Shown here: piece by piece, positions 9,412 to 17,227 of the stretch
Layout: the number at the start of each line of letters is the position of its first letter
Position numbering within the stretch: position 1 is the first letter of the stretch
NCBI GenBank assembly: GCA_027365315.1
Contig: DAHXNQ010000091.1
Span: 1 to 56,692 of the forward strand
Length of the DNA stretch: 56,692 nucleotides
Reading direction: 5' to 3'
From: Rhabdochlamydiaceae bacterium
GTDB lineage: Bacteria; Chlamydiota; Chlamydiia; Chlamydiales; Rhabdochlamydiaceae
Translations under genes and position numbers: made by a program
The notes under the pieces: generated by a model
Told to the model about the DNA's origin: nothing
Seen by the model: the letters and a program-made list of their open reading frames with translations, nothing else
Database searches by the model: none

Positions 9412-9464
9412 TGCACTTGTGCGCTTCGCGCTCAAGAGTCATAACCTTTCATGAAATTTGCATG

Positions 9465-10235
9465 TTAGATGCGGGCTTTGATGGAGCTATAGAGCGCGCT
9501 CATCACCCAGCGGCGCGGGAGTAACTGGGCTAGGCGGATGAAGAGGGCGTAGCGAGCATCGAAGAGGTCGACTCCCTTTTTCTCTTGGATCTGCTTCCAG
9601 ATGCGCTCGGCGGCGTAGGAGGAGGCAATTTTGTGGCCATGCTTGCGCGGATTTTGCTTGGTGGTGGCGCGAGAGGAGAAGTTGGTGGCCACCTGTCCGG
9701 GACAGGAGACCAGCACGCGGATGCCAAGGGGCGAGAGCTCGAGATCGAGCGCTTGGCCTAGCGACAGTAGGTGGCTTTTGGCGGCGGCGTAGAGAGCTAG
9801 TCCGGGGCAGGGAAGAAAGGCGAGTGCCGAGGCAACAAGCAGAATGGTACCAGGACGCTTAGCGTCGGTCAGGGCTCTTGCGGCAGCGAGCAGCTGCTCG
9901 GTAGGGGCGATTAGATCGACATCGAGCTGCTCGCGCTGCTGCTGCGAAGAGAGGTTGATGCTGTCGCCGTAGAAGCCGAGGCCTGCATTAAGCACTAAAA
10001 GGTCGGGCAGATCCTTCTGGATGCGGCGCACTACAAGCGCTCTTCCTTCGGGAGTGGCGAGGTCTGCGCTGAAGGTTTGCACCGTAGTGAGGCGCGAGAG
10101 CTCGCGCTGAAGCAGCTCCAGTTTTTCGTTATTGCGTCCAGTTAACAGCAGAGGAATACCTGCCGAGGCGAGTCGCTTGGCAAGCGCCTCTCCTATGCCA
10201 GAGGTGGCTCCAGTGATCAGGGCAAGCGTTGTCAT
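9465..10235 (-). CDS. Short-chain dehydrogenase/reductase (SDR)
   Basis: The TGATSGIGEA cofactor motif and the catalytic YAAAK are present. Confidence 0.85.
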   Translation of the reverse strand: MTTLALITGATSGIGEALAKRLASAGIPLLLTGRNNEKLELLQRELSRLTTVQTFSADLATPEGRALVVRRIQKDLPDLLVLNAGLGFYGDSINLSSQQQREQLDVDLIAPTEQLLAAARALTDAKRPGTILLVASALAFLPCPGLALYAAAKSHLLSLGQALDLELSPLGIRVLVSCPGQVATNFSSRATTKQNPRKHGHKIASSYAAERIWKQIQEKKGVDLFDARYALFIRLAQLLPRRWVMSALYSSIKARI

Positions 10236-10256
10236 GCGCTGAATGGTAGCAGATTT

Positions 10257-10676
10257 CTAATCTAGGTGAGAGAGAATCTCTTCCGCACTGATGAGAGGGG
10301 CATCTTCGTGGTCGATTCCCTCACACCTGCGCGCTGTCTCCTGCCATTCATGTTCGGAGGTGAGGTTCTCTTTCCACCAGGGGAAGGTGCGGCACTGGGT
10401 GGGCCTGGCAGAATAGATGGCGCAGCGATTCTCTTTCAGGAAGACGCAGTCATAGTTCTTTCGATCTTCCAGTAGCGCCATGCGATTTCCGACGCGGCGT
10501 GTGTAGCGTTTCAGGAACTCCTCGTAGCCGATCTGAAGGTGGCTGGCCATCGCTTGCGCCTCTTCTTCGCTAATCCAGACATAGCCGGGGCTGCCGGTGC
10601 AGCAGCCTCCACATCCGGTGCAGCCGAATCGTAGACCTTCATGAAACCAGGGCTTTTTCTCTTCACTCATCGCCAA
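10257..10676 (-). CDS. YkgJ-family Cys-cluster (Zn/Fe-chelating) protein
   Basis: The CTGCGGCCTG motif near the N-terminus and a later C..C pattern fit the family. The gene overlaps the upstream gene's stop. Confidence 0.75.
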   Translation of the reverse strand: MAMSEEKKPWFHEGLRFGCTGCGGCCTGSPGYVWISEEEAQAMASHLQIGYEEFLKRYTRRVGNRMALLEDRKNYDCVFLKENRCAIYSARPTQCRTFPWWKENLTSEHEWQETARRCEGIDHEDAPLISAEEILSHLD

Positions 10677-11533
10677 CTGTACTCCACGGTTTCAACGCCG
10701 CTCCAGAGTCCCTCTTTCCAGGCGTGCGGAGAGATGGTGCAGCTGCTTTCCGTCAGGTCGATCAGATTCCAGCGACCCCATTTGCAGAGGCTGACGCAGC
10801 CGCTATCCACCACGATCGGCAGGCGATCGGGACGCAGATCGGCAATCGAGTGGCGGTGGGTATGTCCATGCAGATAGAGCTTTACCTGCGGGAAGCGCTG
10901 GAGCAGCAGTCGCAATTCACTATCGCGCCGCAGCTTCTTGAAGCGATGATCGAGGCAGAAGAGGGGAAAGTGGTTCAGCAGGATCACGCTATCCGTGCTG
11001 GGAATCTGGAGCAGCGTGCGCTCCAGCTCTCGTTCGATTGCTTCGCTAAAAGAGCCTTCGGAAGAGATCCAAGAGGTAGCGAGCGCCGTATCCATGGCGA
11101 CCAGCCAGAGACCGGGCCGCAGCTGACGCGGGGCGACCCGTCTGCGCTTCAGTGCATCGGAGGTCTCTTCGGGAAAGTAGCGGTAGATGCGCCCCTGCCA
11201 GTAAGCGAGGTGGGTGTAGTGGTCGTGGTTGCCCGGCACCAGCGCCACCTCGATACCGCGCTCTTTTATCTGCTGGATGAGCTCTCTCGCCATGCGGAAT
11301 TCGACCATCCGACCGGTGGTGGTGAGATCTCCGGCAATCAGCACCAGATTCACCCCCAGCTGACTGAAGAATTCGGGCAGAGCTTCTAGCCGTCCTGTGT
11401 CCAGTTCGTTACGCCTGACCAGCCAGGAGTTGAGATTGCCCAACCACCTCTTGCAGCAGAACTGGAATGGGTTATGGCTTTTTTTCCAAAAATGGAGGTC
11501 GGAGAGATGGGCGATGCGAAGTTTTAAAGACAT
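10667..11533 (-). CDS. Calcineurin-like metallophosphoesterase (possible LpxG-type, unverified)
   Basis: The motifs HLSDLHF, AGDLTTTG, GNHDH and HGHTH are present. The LpxG idea rests only on family membership in a chlamydia-like context. Confidence 0.8.
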   Translation of the reverse strand: MSLKLRIAHLSDLHFWKKSHNPFQFCCKRWLGNLNSWLVRRNELDTGRLEALPEFFSQLGVNLVLIAGDLTTTGRMVEFRMARELIQQIKERGIEVALVPGNHDHYTHLAYWQGRIYRYFPEETSDALKRRRVAPRQLRPGLWLVAMDTALATSWISSEGSFSEAIERELERTLLQIPSTDSVILLNHFPLFCLDHRFKKLRRDSELRLLLQRFPQVKLYLHGHTHRHSIADLRPDRLPIVVDSGCVSLCKWGRWNLIDLTESSCTISPHAWKEGLWSGVETVEYSWR

Positions 11534-11593
11534 GGGTTAATTCTACCCTGTCTCACTATTGTTGCGCAAAAGGAGCGACCGGTTCAAACTGGC

Positions 11594-11698
11594 TCTGAAC
11601 ACCAGGGGTGCCGAAGAGATTTGGCTGAGAGTGAAGGGGGCAGTTTCTCTTCACAACCCTTAGAACCTGATCAGGTTAAAGCCTGCGTAGGAAGAGTG
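11594..11698 (+). promoter_or_regulatory. TPP (THI-box) riboswitch
   Basis: The conserved blocks GGGGUGC, GGCUGAGA, ACCCUUAGAACCUGAUCAGGUUAAAGCCUGCGUAGGAAG appear in the canonical order. A variable P3 hairpin (GUGAAG...CUUCAC) is present. The element ends at the GGAAGAG/AUG of the downstream gene. Confidence 0.85.
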
Positions 11699-12958
11699 AT
11701 GAAAAAAATATTTTCCACACGACTGCCAGTCGGTGCCCGGCGTATTCTCTCCGGCAACCTCATCGAACATTACGATAACGCCCTCTTTGGTCTGTTAACT
11801 CCATTTTTGGCACCCCTGCTCTTTCCCCATGAAGAGCCGATCATAGCGCTGATTTTGGGCTATGCGCTGATGCCGCTGAGTATGGTGGCCAAGCCCTTGG
11901 GGGCGCTCTTTTTTGGTCGGTGGAGTAGCCATCGCGGTCTGCTTTCGATGCTCAAGGCGACGCTGCTCTGGATGGGCTTCTCCTCCATACTGATGGGACT
12001 CTGCCCTACCTACAGCCAGGTGGGCTATCTGGCTCCTCTGCTGATTTTGTTAGCGCGCCTGCTCCAAAACTTCTGCTCGACGAGCGAGGTGATCGGTGGA
12101 GGTCTTTATCTGATGGGGCGCACCGAAATTCCCGCCCGCGGTTTGTTGAATGGTCTTTATGGCGCCTCCACCATGGCGGGGATCTGGCTCGCTTCGGTGG
12201 CAGTGGCCGCGCTTGCTCTGCAAGATGCTGTCGAGAGCAGCTGGCGCTGGCTCTTTCTGGCGGGAGGCTCGGTGGCTCTCTTTGGCTGGTGGCTGCGGGG
12301 CGAGAATCTGCATGCAGAGGATCACAAGAGCAGCTCCCTCTCTTCGCTTACGGTGCTGCGCAGCCAGATTGGTCCCCTCCTACGCAAGATCCTGGTGGCA
12401 GGTCTGAGTTACTGCTGCTATGTGGTCCCGTTTGCTCTGTCGCAGGGGATGGCTCCCTTTGTGGCGCCTGTCTCCAAGGCGCAGATGGCCGAGCAGACAC
12501 CGGTATTGATGCTGTTTGACTTTCTGATTCTGTTTGTGGTGGCGCTTTTTTCCTCTCACATCCCTCCGCGCAAGATGATGATTGGCGTCAGTGGCGCGCT
12601 GGCCCTCCTCTTTGTACCCCTATTTGCCGCCATGGAGGGGGCCTCTTTACTCCAGCTCATGCTGATCCGCGGCCTACTGGTGGTGTTGGGGGTGCTCTTC
12701 TGCATGCCCATCCGCGCCTGGTCGCTCACCCTGGGCCGAGATGAGGGGCGGCCTACCCTGCTCTTTGTTGGCTATGCGCTGGGTGTCCAGCTGTTTGGCG
12801 CCTCCAGCGCCTCCCTCTCTCTATCGTTTCTGCACCTCACCGGGTGGGCCGGCGCCGCCGGTATCTATCCCGCGCTGCTGGCGCTGACTGTCTGCGCCTG
12901 TCTGCTCTATGAAAAGAAGAGTTCACGCGTTAAGCTTGCTCCTTTTCCTAGTTCGTGA
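11699..12958 (+). CDS. MFS transporter, metabolite:H+ symporter (MHS)-like
   Basis: GNLIEHYDNALFGLL resembles the MHS signature G..iE.YDf. About 12 hydrophobic helices are present. I moved the start to the ATG at 11699 because the track start at 11621 lies inside the riboswitch. Confidence 0.85.
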   Translation: MKKIFSTRLPVGARRILSGNLIEHYDNALFGLLTPFLAPLLFPHEEPIIALILGYALMPLSMVAKPLGALFFGRWSSHRGLLSMLKATLLWMGFSSILMGLCPTYSQVGYLAPLLILLARLLQNFCSTSEVIGGGLYLMGRTEIPARGLLNGLYGASTMAGIWLASVAVAALALQDAVESSWRWLFLAGGSVALFGWWLRGENLHAEDHKSSSLSSLTVLRSQIGPLLRKILVAGLSYCCYVVPFALSQGMAPFVAPVSKAQMAEQTPVLMLFDFLILFVVALFSSHIPPRKMMIGVSGALALLFVPLFAAMEGASLLQLMLIRGLLVVLGVLFCMPIRAWSLTLGRDEGRPTLLFVGYALGVQLFGASSASLSLSFLHLTGWAGAAGIYPALLALTVCACLLYEKKSSRVKLAPFPSS

Positions 12959-12984
12959 GATCATGGCGACCTCAAGAGGTGTTT

Positions 12985-14328
12985 ATGGATCTCAATTTTG
13001 TTGCCATCGTAGTTCTAGGATCTGTTGCTGCATTAGTCGCAGCTCTCGCCAAGCTCTACCGCAGATGTGCTTCCAACAAAATTCTTGTTGTCTATGGGCG
13101 CATGGGCGGGCGCAAAACGGTGCAGTGCTACCACGGTGGAGGTACCATCGTCTGGCCTCTGATTCAGGGCTGCGCTTTCCTCGATCTAACGCCTCGCAAC
13201 ATCCACATCCCTCTGAAGGGGGCGCTCTCTCAGCAGAACATCCGCGTCAATGTACCCAGCACCTTCACCATCGCTGTAGGCATCACGCCCGACATCATGA
13301 ACAACGCCGCCGTCCGCCTGCTCGATCTCGATCATCGCGGCATCGAATCGATGGCGACCGAGATCATTGTGGGACAGCTGCGCCTCACCATCGCCTCGCT
13401 GCGCATCGAGGAGATCAACCAAGACAGAGAGAGATTCCTCGAGTGGGTAAAGAAAAACATCGAGCCCGAGCTGCACAAGATTGGCCTAACGCTTCTGAAC
13501 GTCAACATCACCGATATCACCGACGAATCGGAGTACATCGAGAGCATCGGGAAGAAGGCCTCTGCCACCGCAGTCAACCAGGCTAAGGTGGATGTGGCTG
13601 AGCAGGAGAAGCAGGGGGAGATCGGTAAGGCGCTTGCCGAGCGCGACCGCCGCGTTTCGGTAGCCGCCTTCAACGCCGAAGCTGTGAAGGGAGAGAACGA
13701 CTCTAAAGCTCACATCGCCCTCACCAATGCCTCCCTAGCTGAGAAACAGGCCGAAGCGACTCGCCGTAGTCAGGTGGCAGGACAGCAGGCCGAAGTGGAG
13801 ATTCAAAAAGCGCGCGCCCTCGCCGAGATGCAGCGCCTCGAGGCCGAAGAGGTGGTGCCCCAAGAGATCAACAAGAAGAAGATTCAGATCGATGCCGAAG
13901 CCGAAGCGCAGCGCAATGTCCTGATTGCGCGCGGTGAAGCGGAAGCCATCCTCGCTGTCCGCCAAGCCGAAGCAGAGGGTATCCAAAAACTGCTCGACGC
14001 CAAAGCCAAGGGCTACAAGCAGCTTGTCGAAGCTTGTGGAGACGATGCCAAAAGCGCCTCCACCATGCTCCTTATCGAGAAGCTGGAAGAGATTGTCAAA
14101 CTGCAGGTCGAGGCGATCAAGAACATCAAGATCGATAAGATCACCGTCTGGGACAGCGGCCAGCATGGCGAAGCGGGAGGCAAAGGCGGCTCGGCCACCT
14201 CTAACTTCATCAGCCAGTTTGTGAAGTCGCTACCTGCCTTGCACGACGTCGCCTCCATGGCCGGCCTGGAACTACCTCAATACCTCGGCCAGGTGACCCC
14301 CTCCTCCGACTCCGAAAGATTAAGCTAG
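12985..14328 (+). CDS. Flotillin/SPFH (band-7) family protein
   Basis: An N-terminal TM (FVAIVVLGSVAALVAALA) is followed by an SPFH domain and a long Ala/Glu/Gln-rich coiled coil (AEAEAQRNVLIARGEAEAILAVRQAEAEG). The start is set to the ATG at 12985. Confidence 0.85.
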   Translation: MDLNFVAIVVLGSVAALVAALAKLYRRCASNKILVVYGRMGGRKTVQCYHGGGTIVWPLIQGCAFLDLTPRNIHIPLKGALSQQNIRVNVPSTFTIAVGITPDIMNNAAVRLLDLDHRGIESMATEIIVGQLRLTIASLRIEEINQDRERFLEWVKKNIEPELHKIGLTLLNVNITDITDESEYIESIGKKASATAVNQAKVDVAEQEKQGEIGKALAERDRRVSVAAFNAEAVKGENDSKAHIALTNASLAEKQAEATRRSQVAGQQAEVEIQKARALAEMQRLEAEEVVPQEINKKKIQIDAEAEAQRNVLIARGEAEAILAVRQAEAEGIQKLLDAKAKGYKQLVEACGDDAKSASTMLLIEKLEEIVKLQVEAIKNIKIDKITVWDSGQHGEAGGKGGSATSNFISQFVKSLPALHDVASMAGLELPQYLGQVTPSSDSERLS

Positions 14329-14601
14329 GCTAATCTTTAGATGCTTTCCAAGGGCTCTTGCGGCCCTTGCGAATGTTCTTAATGTTGAGGGCGATTCAGG
14401 ATCCAGGACTCGTTCGATAGCGGAGCGACTTGTTTCCATACGCTCCGCTAGCTCTGCTTTGTCAATTTTCTGTTTTTGCATTTCTCGTTCTAACTGAAAG
14501 ACAAAAACTCGCTTGGCTGCAACTTCTTCGACCTCTTCGAGAATGCCCTCCTCCTGAAGAAAATCATCGAAGGAAGAGCCGATATGTTTTTTGTTTTTCA
14601 T
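14320..14601 (-). CDS. XRE-type HTH antitoxin (HigA-like)
   Basis: 93 aa. The HTH is IDKAELAERMETSRSAIERVL. It lies 4 nt downstream of the toxin gene. Confidence 0.8.
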   Translation of the reverse strand: MKNKKHIGSSFDDFLQEEGILEEVEEVAAKRVFVFQLEREMQKQKIDKAELAERMETSRSAIERVLDPESPSTLRTFARAARALGKHLKISLA

Positions 14602-14605
14602 ATAA

Positions 14606-14956
14606 TTACCCCAACATTTTAGCTCTGCGCAAGGCTAGTTCCAAATCCTGAGAGGGTGTTTTTTGACTCTTTTTCACAAAGCCATGCAACAACACCATTT
14701 CATGATCGAGCATCGTGAAGATGACCCGTGCAATGCCATCACGGAACGAGCTGCGTACTTCCCATAGGCCTTTCCCGAGATTGCGGACTAAAGGCATTCC
14801 TAGTGGCCATCCGATTTCCACTGTTTTAATATCTTCTCCGATGATTTTTCTCTGCTCTTTCGGAAGAGATTGCAACCATTCCCGAACTGGTTCTTTTCCA
14901 TTGTCCTGCTGCCAAAATCGCACGCTAACAATTTTCTTAGGGGGAGTTGCGCTCAC
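14606..14956 (-). CDS. RelE/HigB-superfamily toxin (Gp49-like)
   Basis: 116 aa. GKEPVREWLQSLPKEQRKIIGEDIKTVEIGWPLGMPLVRNLGKGLWEVR...ARVIFTMLDHEMVLLHGFVKKSQKTP is typical of phage Gp49-like killer proteins. Confidence 0.8.
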   Translation of the reverse strand: MSATPPKKIVSVRFWQQDNGKEPVREWLQSLPKEQRKIIGEDIKTVEIGWPLGMPLVRNLGKGLWEVRSSFRDGIARVIFTMLDHEMVLLHGFVKKSQKTPSQDLELALRRAKMLG

Positions 14957-14979
14957 ACTCGTCTCACTTCCGTTATCTT

Positions 14980-15005
14980 AGATTGTACCAAAAATGGTAC
15001 AATCT
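14980..15005. promoter_or_regulatory. Perfect 11-bp inverted repeat (operator/promoter) of the HigBA-like operon
   Basis: AGATTGTACCA-AAAA-TGGTACAATCT lies 24 nt upstream of the toxin start. It contains a TACAAT -10-like hexamer on both strands. Confidence 0.55.
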
Positions 15006-15078
15006 GGCAATGGAGGCGATTGAACGATCTTAGCGAGTGAAGGTGCAGGAGAGGCTACGGTCGACAAGCAATGGAAAT

Positions 15079-15567
15079 TCAAAACAGTATATGTCTGACA
15101 TCCATTAAGATAGTGGTATGGTGGTGGGCTGTATGGGCGTGAAAGAGGTAGCCCTCCACCGTGACCCGTTGGCTATCGCTTGCAGTGCAAGTTCCTTCCA
15201 TTCCCTCCGCGAGATTGAGGATGATCTCGGTGGAATCGGTGAGAGTAGACCACTCTTTAATCGGTTGTGAATCATCCAGCGGGTCTGCTACTGGCAGAGT
15301 TATAGCAAAGGGCACGGAAGCCTCTTCCAGCTGAAGTACCCAACAATAGTCCTCTCGATCGCCATTCCTTATAGAAGAATATTCGGGAGGGCCTGGGAAG
15401 CGTTTCAAGGTAACAAGACCTCTTAGTGTTACTAGCTTCTCCAAGCAGGTAGTCGATAGCTCACAATGCTCCTTTTGAGCTCTTAGGAAAAGGATGCAGC
15501 GCAATCCACATATTGCGCAGAAGATCGACGTAAATAATATAAAAATATATTTATTTTTTTTCATCAC
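15079..15567 (-). CDS. DUF4431-like secreted/membrane protein
   Basis: An N-terminal hydrophobic segment is present. FPGPPEYSSI...CWVLQL...VTVEGYLFHAHTAHHHTTILMDV matches my memory of the DUF4431 pattern (fPGpPnYes...G.Lf.a.TgHH). An A8 tract follows the ATG (plus-strand T8 at 15554..15561). Confidence 0.55.
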   Translation of the reverse strand: MMKKNKYIFILFTSIFCAICGLRCILFLRAQKEHCELSTTCLEKLVTLRGLVTLKRFPGPPEYSSIRNGDREDYCWVLQLEEASVPFAITLPVADPLDDSQPIKEWSTLTDSTEIILNLAEGMEGTCTASDSQRVTVEGYLFHAHTAHHHTTILMDVRHILF

Positions 15568-15569
15568 AA

Positions 15570-16274
15570 TTATCTAATTAATTCGAACGAGCTAGCTCTA
15601 AATTTAGGACGAAGATAAACGCAGCCTTTTTTCATGTGGACGAGCACCGCATGCAATCTTCCCTCCACTGCTAACTGGATAGCAGCTTCTTTTGAGAACC
15701 AAACAAGCTCATTACTATTCTTAACAAGATATTCGGTAATTACACCTCGTTTTTTATGTACGCCTGAGATGTATAACTTATCAATAAAGTCCTCGCGACC
15801 TACTTCCCAGCTTTCTACCTTCTCCATCGCTTTCCAAAACAACTCAAATTCTTCATCGGTTAGCGATTTTATTGTTCGTTCTGGGTCAAAGCCAGTAATT
15901 GCTACTATGGCATCGATGTATTTTTTATTGGTGCTGTCGTATCTTTTCACGGCAGCTCGTAGGGAAAGTGGAGAGTAGACTCCTCCCTTTAGCATGACAA
16001 CCAGAGCTTCATGACCCGTTGCATAATCTGGGTAGACAGCATATTCATTTTCGCTATCTCCGGCTCGACCTATCGAGCGACGGTTTTTACCCGTGCTATA
16101 GTTGCTGGCAAGCAAATTTCCTGGGTTATTACACCTCCATGCTCGTGATCCTCCACTGCGGATGGTCATGTTCCCCTGCTCATCAAAATATTGGACTGTA
16201 AACTTGCCTGCGGGATCCCCGTAGTTAGGTGGTCCCACCTGAGCTTTTATGAATGCCATACTAGCACCATCCAA
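15570..16274 (-). CDS. Hypothetical protein with an N-terminal 'WRxNNPGN' domain and a C-terminal DUF3892-like domain
   Basis: RAWRCNNPGNL...YAVYPDYATGHEALVVML recalls an uncharacterised phage/cell-wall-associated domain. The C-terminus GVITEYLVKNSNELVWFSKEAAIQLAVEGRLHAVLVH...VYLRP resembles DUF3892. Both assignments are from memory. Confidence 0.5.
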   Translation of the reverse strand: MDGASMAFIKAQVGPPNYGDPAGKFTVQYFDEQGNMTIRSGGSRAWRCNNPGNLLASNYSTGKNRRSIGRAGDSENEYAVYPDYATGHEALVVMLKGGVYSPLSLRAAVKRYDSTNKKYIDAIVAITGFDPERTIKSLTDEEFELFWKAMEKVESWEVGREDFIDKLYISGVHKKRGVITEYLVKNSNELVWFSKEAAIQLAVEGRLHAVLVHMKKGCVYLRPKFRASSFELIR

Positions 16275-16440
16275 TGACTTATAAGTACACCAGGCATCGA
16301 GTATACATATTGAGAGAGTACCTCGAGCTTTAAGTGGAAAGGCTAGCTAGACATGGTCGTTTATTTCTATGAGAAAAGTGCAATTTGCATCAGCACAAAC
16401 TCAGCAATATCGAGACCGGGGGACTGGCCTCGAGGGCAGG

Positions 16441-16510
16441 GCTGCGGAGACATGAAGAAGACCCGGTGGGTCTTCGTAATGCGGAGCAGGTGAGCGAATA
16501 GCGAACCGGC
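16441..16510. repeat. Dispersed 70-nt element, copy A (intergenic)
   Basis: GCTGCGGAGACATGAAGAAGACCCGGTGGGTCTTCGTAATGCGGAGCAGGTGAGCGAATAGCGAACCGGC has close copies at 44368..44437 and 44518..44587, and a deleted copy at 35562..35600. It contains the perfect hairpin GAAGACCC-GGT-GGGTCTTC. Confidence 0.75.
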
Positions 16511-16582
16511 CAACCACCGCACTCCAGGGAGCGCTAAAGCGCTCAAGTTAGAGAGTTGGCCGTTCAACAGAATTTTGGTCTG

Positions 16583-16987
16583 TTAACGGGTGAAGGCGCG
16601 GGAGAGTCTGCGGCTGAGGCGCTTCGCTCGCAGAATGCTCTGCTTCACGACGGTCTTAGCCCAACGCCGGCCTTCGGTCTGCACCACTTTGGGGGAGGCG
16701 TTTTGTCCCTCGATGTTTTTGCCAGGGGTGGTGCGCTTGGACTGTTTGCCACCGGCAAGGTGGCTTTTTTTTGTTTTGATCTGATGTTGTAGCTCGGCCA
16801 GCATGCTGCGGTCTTTGCGCGTTAGCTTCTTGGGGTGGAGGCGGATGCGCTTTTCTGGATCGGCAGTGTTGGAGCAGAGCGGCTCCTTCTCTTTGAAGAG
16901 CTGGTCGTTCTCGCGCAGTCCCTTACGCACCTCGCGGTGCACTTTGCGGGCTGAGTGCTCGTCCTTGCTGTAGCGGCCTCGGTTCAT
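16583..16987 (-). CDS. Highly basic (Arg/Lys-rich) hypothetical protein
   Basis: 134 aa with dense K/R throughout (…KKLTRKDRSMLAELQHQIKTKKSH…RAKRLSRRLSRAFTR). GGAGGTGG lies upstream of the ATG. I recognise no family. A nucleic-acid-binding role is inferred from composition only. Confidence 0.5.
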   Translation of the reverse strand: MNRGRYSKDEHSARKVHREVRKGLRENDQLFKEKEPLCSNTADPEKRIRLHPKKLTRKDRSMLAELQHQIKTKKSHLAGGKQSKRTTPGKNIEGQNASPKVVQTEGRRWAKTVVKQSILRAKRLSRRLSRAFTR

Positions 16988-17227
16988 ATTCCACCTCCTG
17001 TTAGAGGCGGTTGAAAACCCCAGCCCCTAGCAAAATCGCCCTTTTGCCGTCCCCTGTCGCTGTTCTTCCTCGCCTACCCTCTCGGGTATGGTCTCGTCAG
17101 AACGGCACGAGCCAGCAAGCTGGCTCTGACAACGGATGCCAAAATCATCGATTTTTCCAGGAGCTGGAGTTTTGCAACCCACCTCCTATAATTAATTGTA
17201 GGAGAATTAGAAGTTTTAAAAAACAAA

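Noticed and set aside
10724-11389. A 221-aa plus-strand ORF antisense to the metallophosphoesterase gene.
   Set aside because: It has no motifs, lies entirely inside a well-supported gene on the other strand, and is typical of stop-poor frames in GC-rich DNA.
12909-13586. A 225-aa ORF in an alternative frame over the start of the flotillin gene. The minus-strand ORFs at 13332..13673 and 13735..14166 are similar cases.
   Set aside because: Their composition is Arg/His/Ser-rich nonsense, and the flotillin frame carries clear SPFH and coiled-coil features.
16367-16567. A 66-aa minus-strand ORF across dispersed-element copy A.
   Set aside because: It reads the element in a different frame from the one used in ORF 43845..44648, and it has no SD or motif. 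It is most likely non-coding or a gene fragment.
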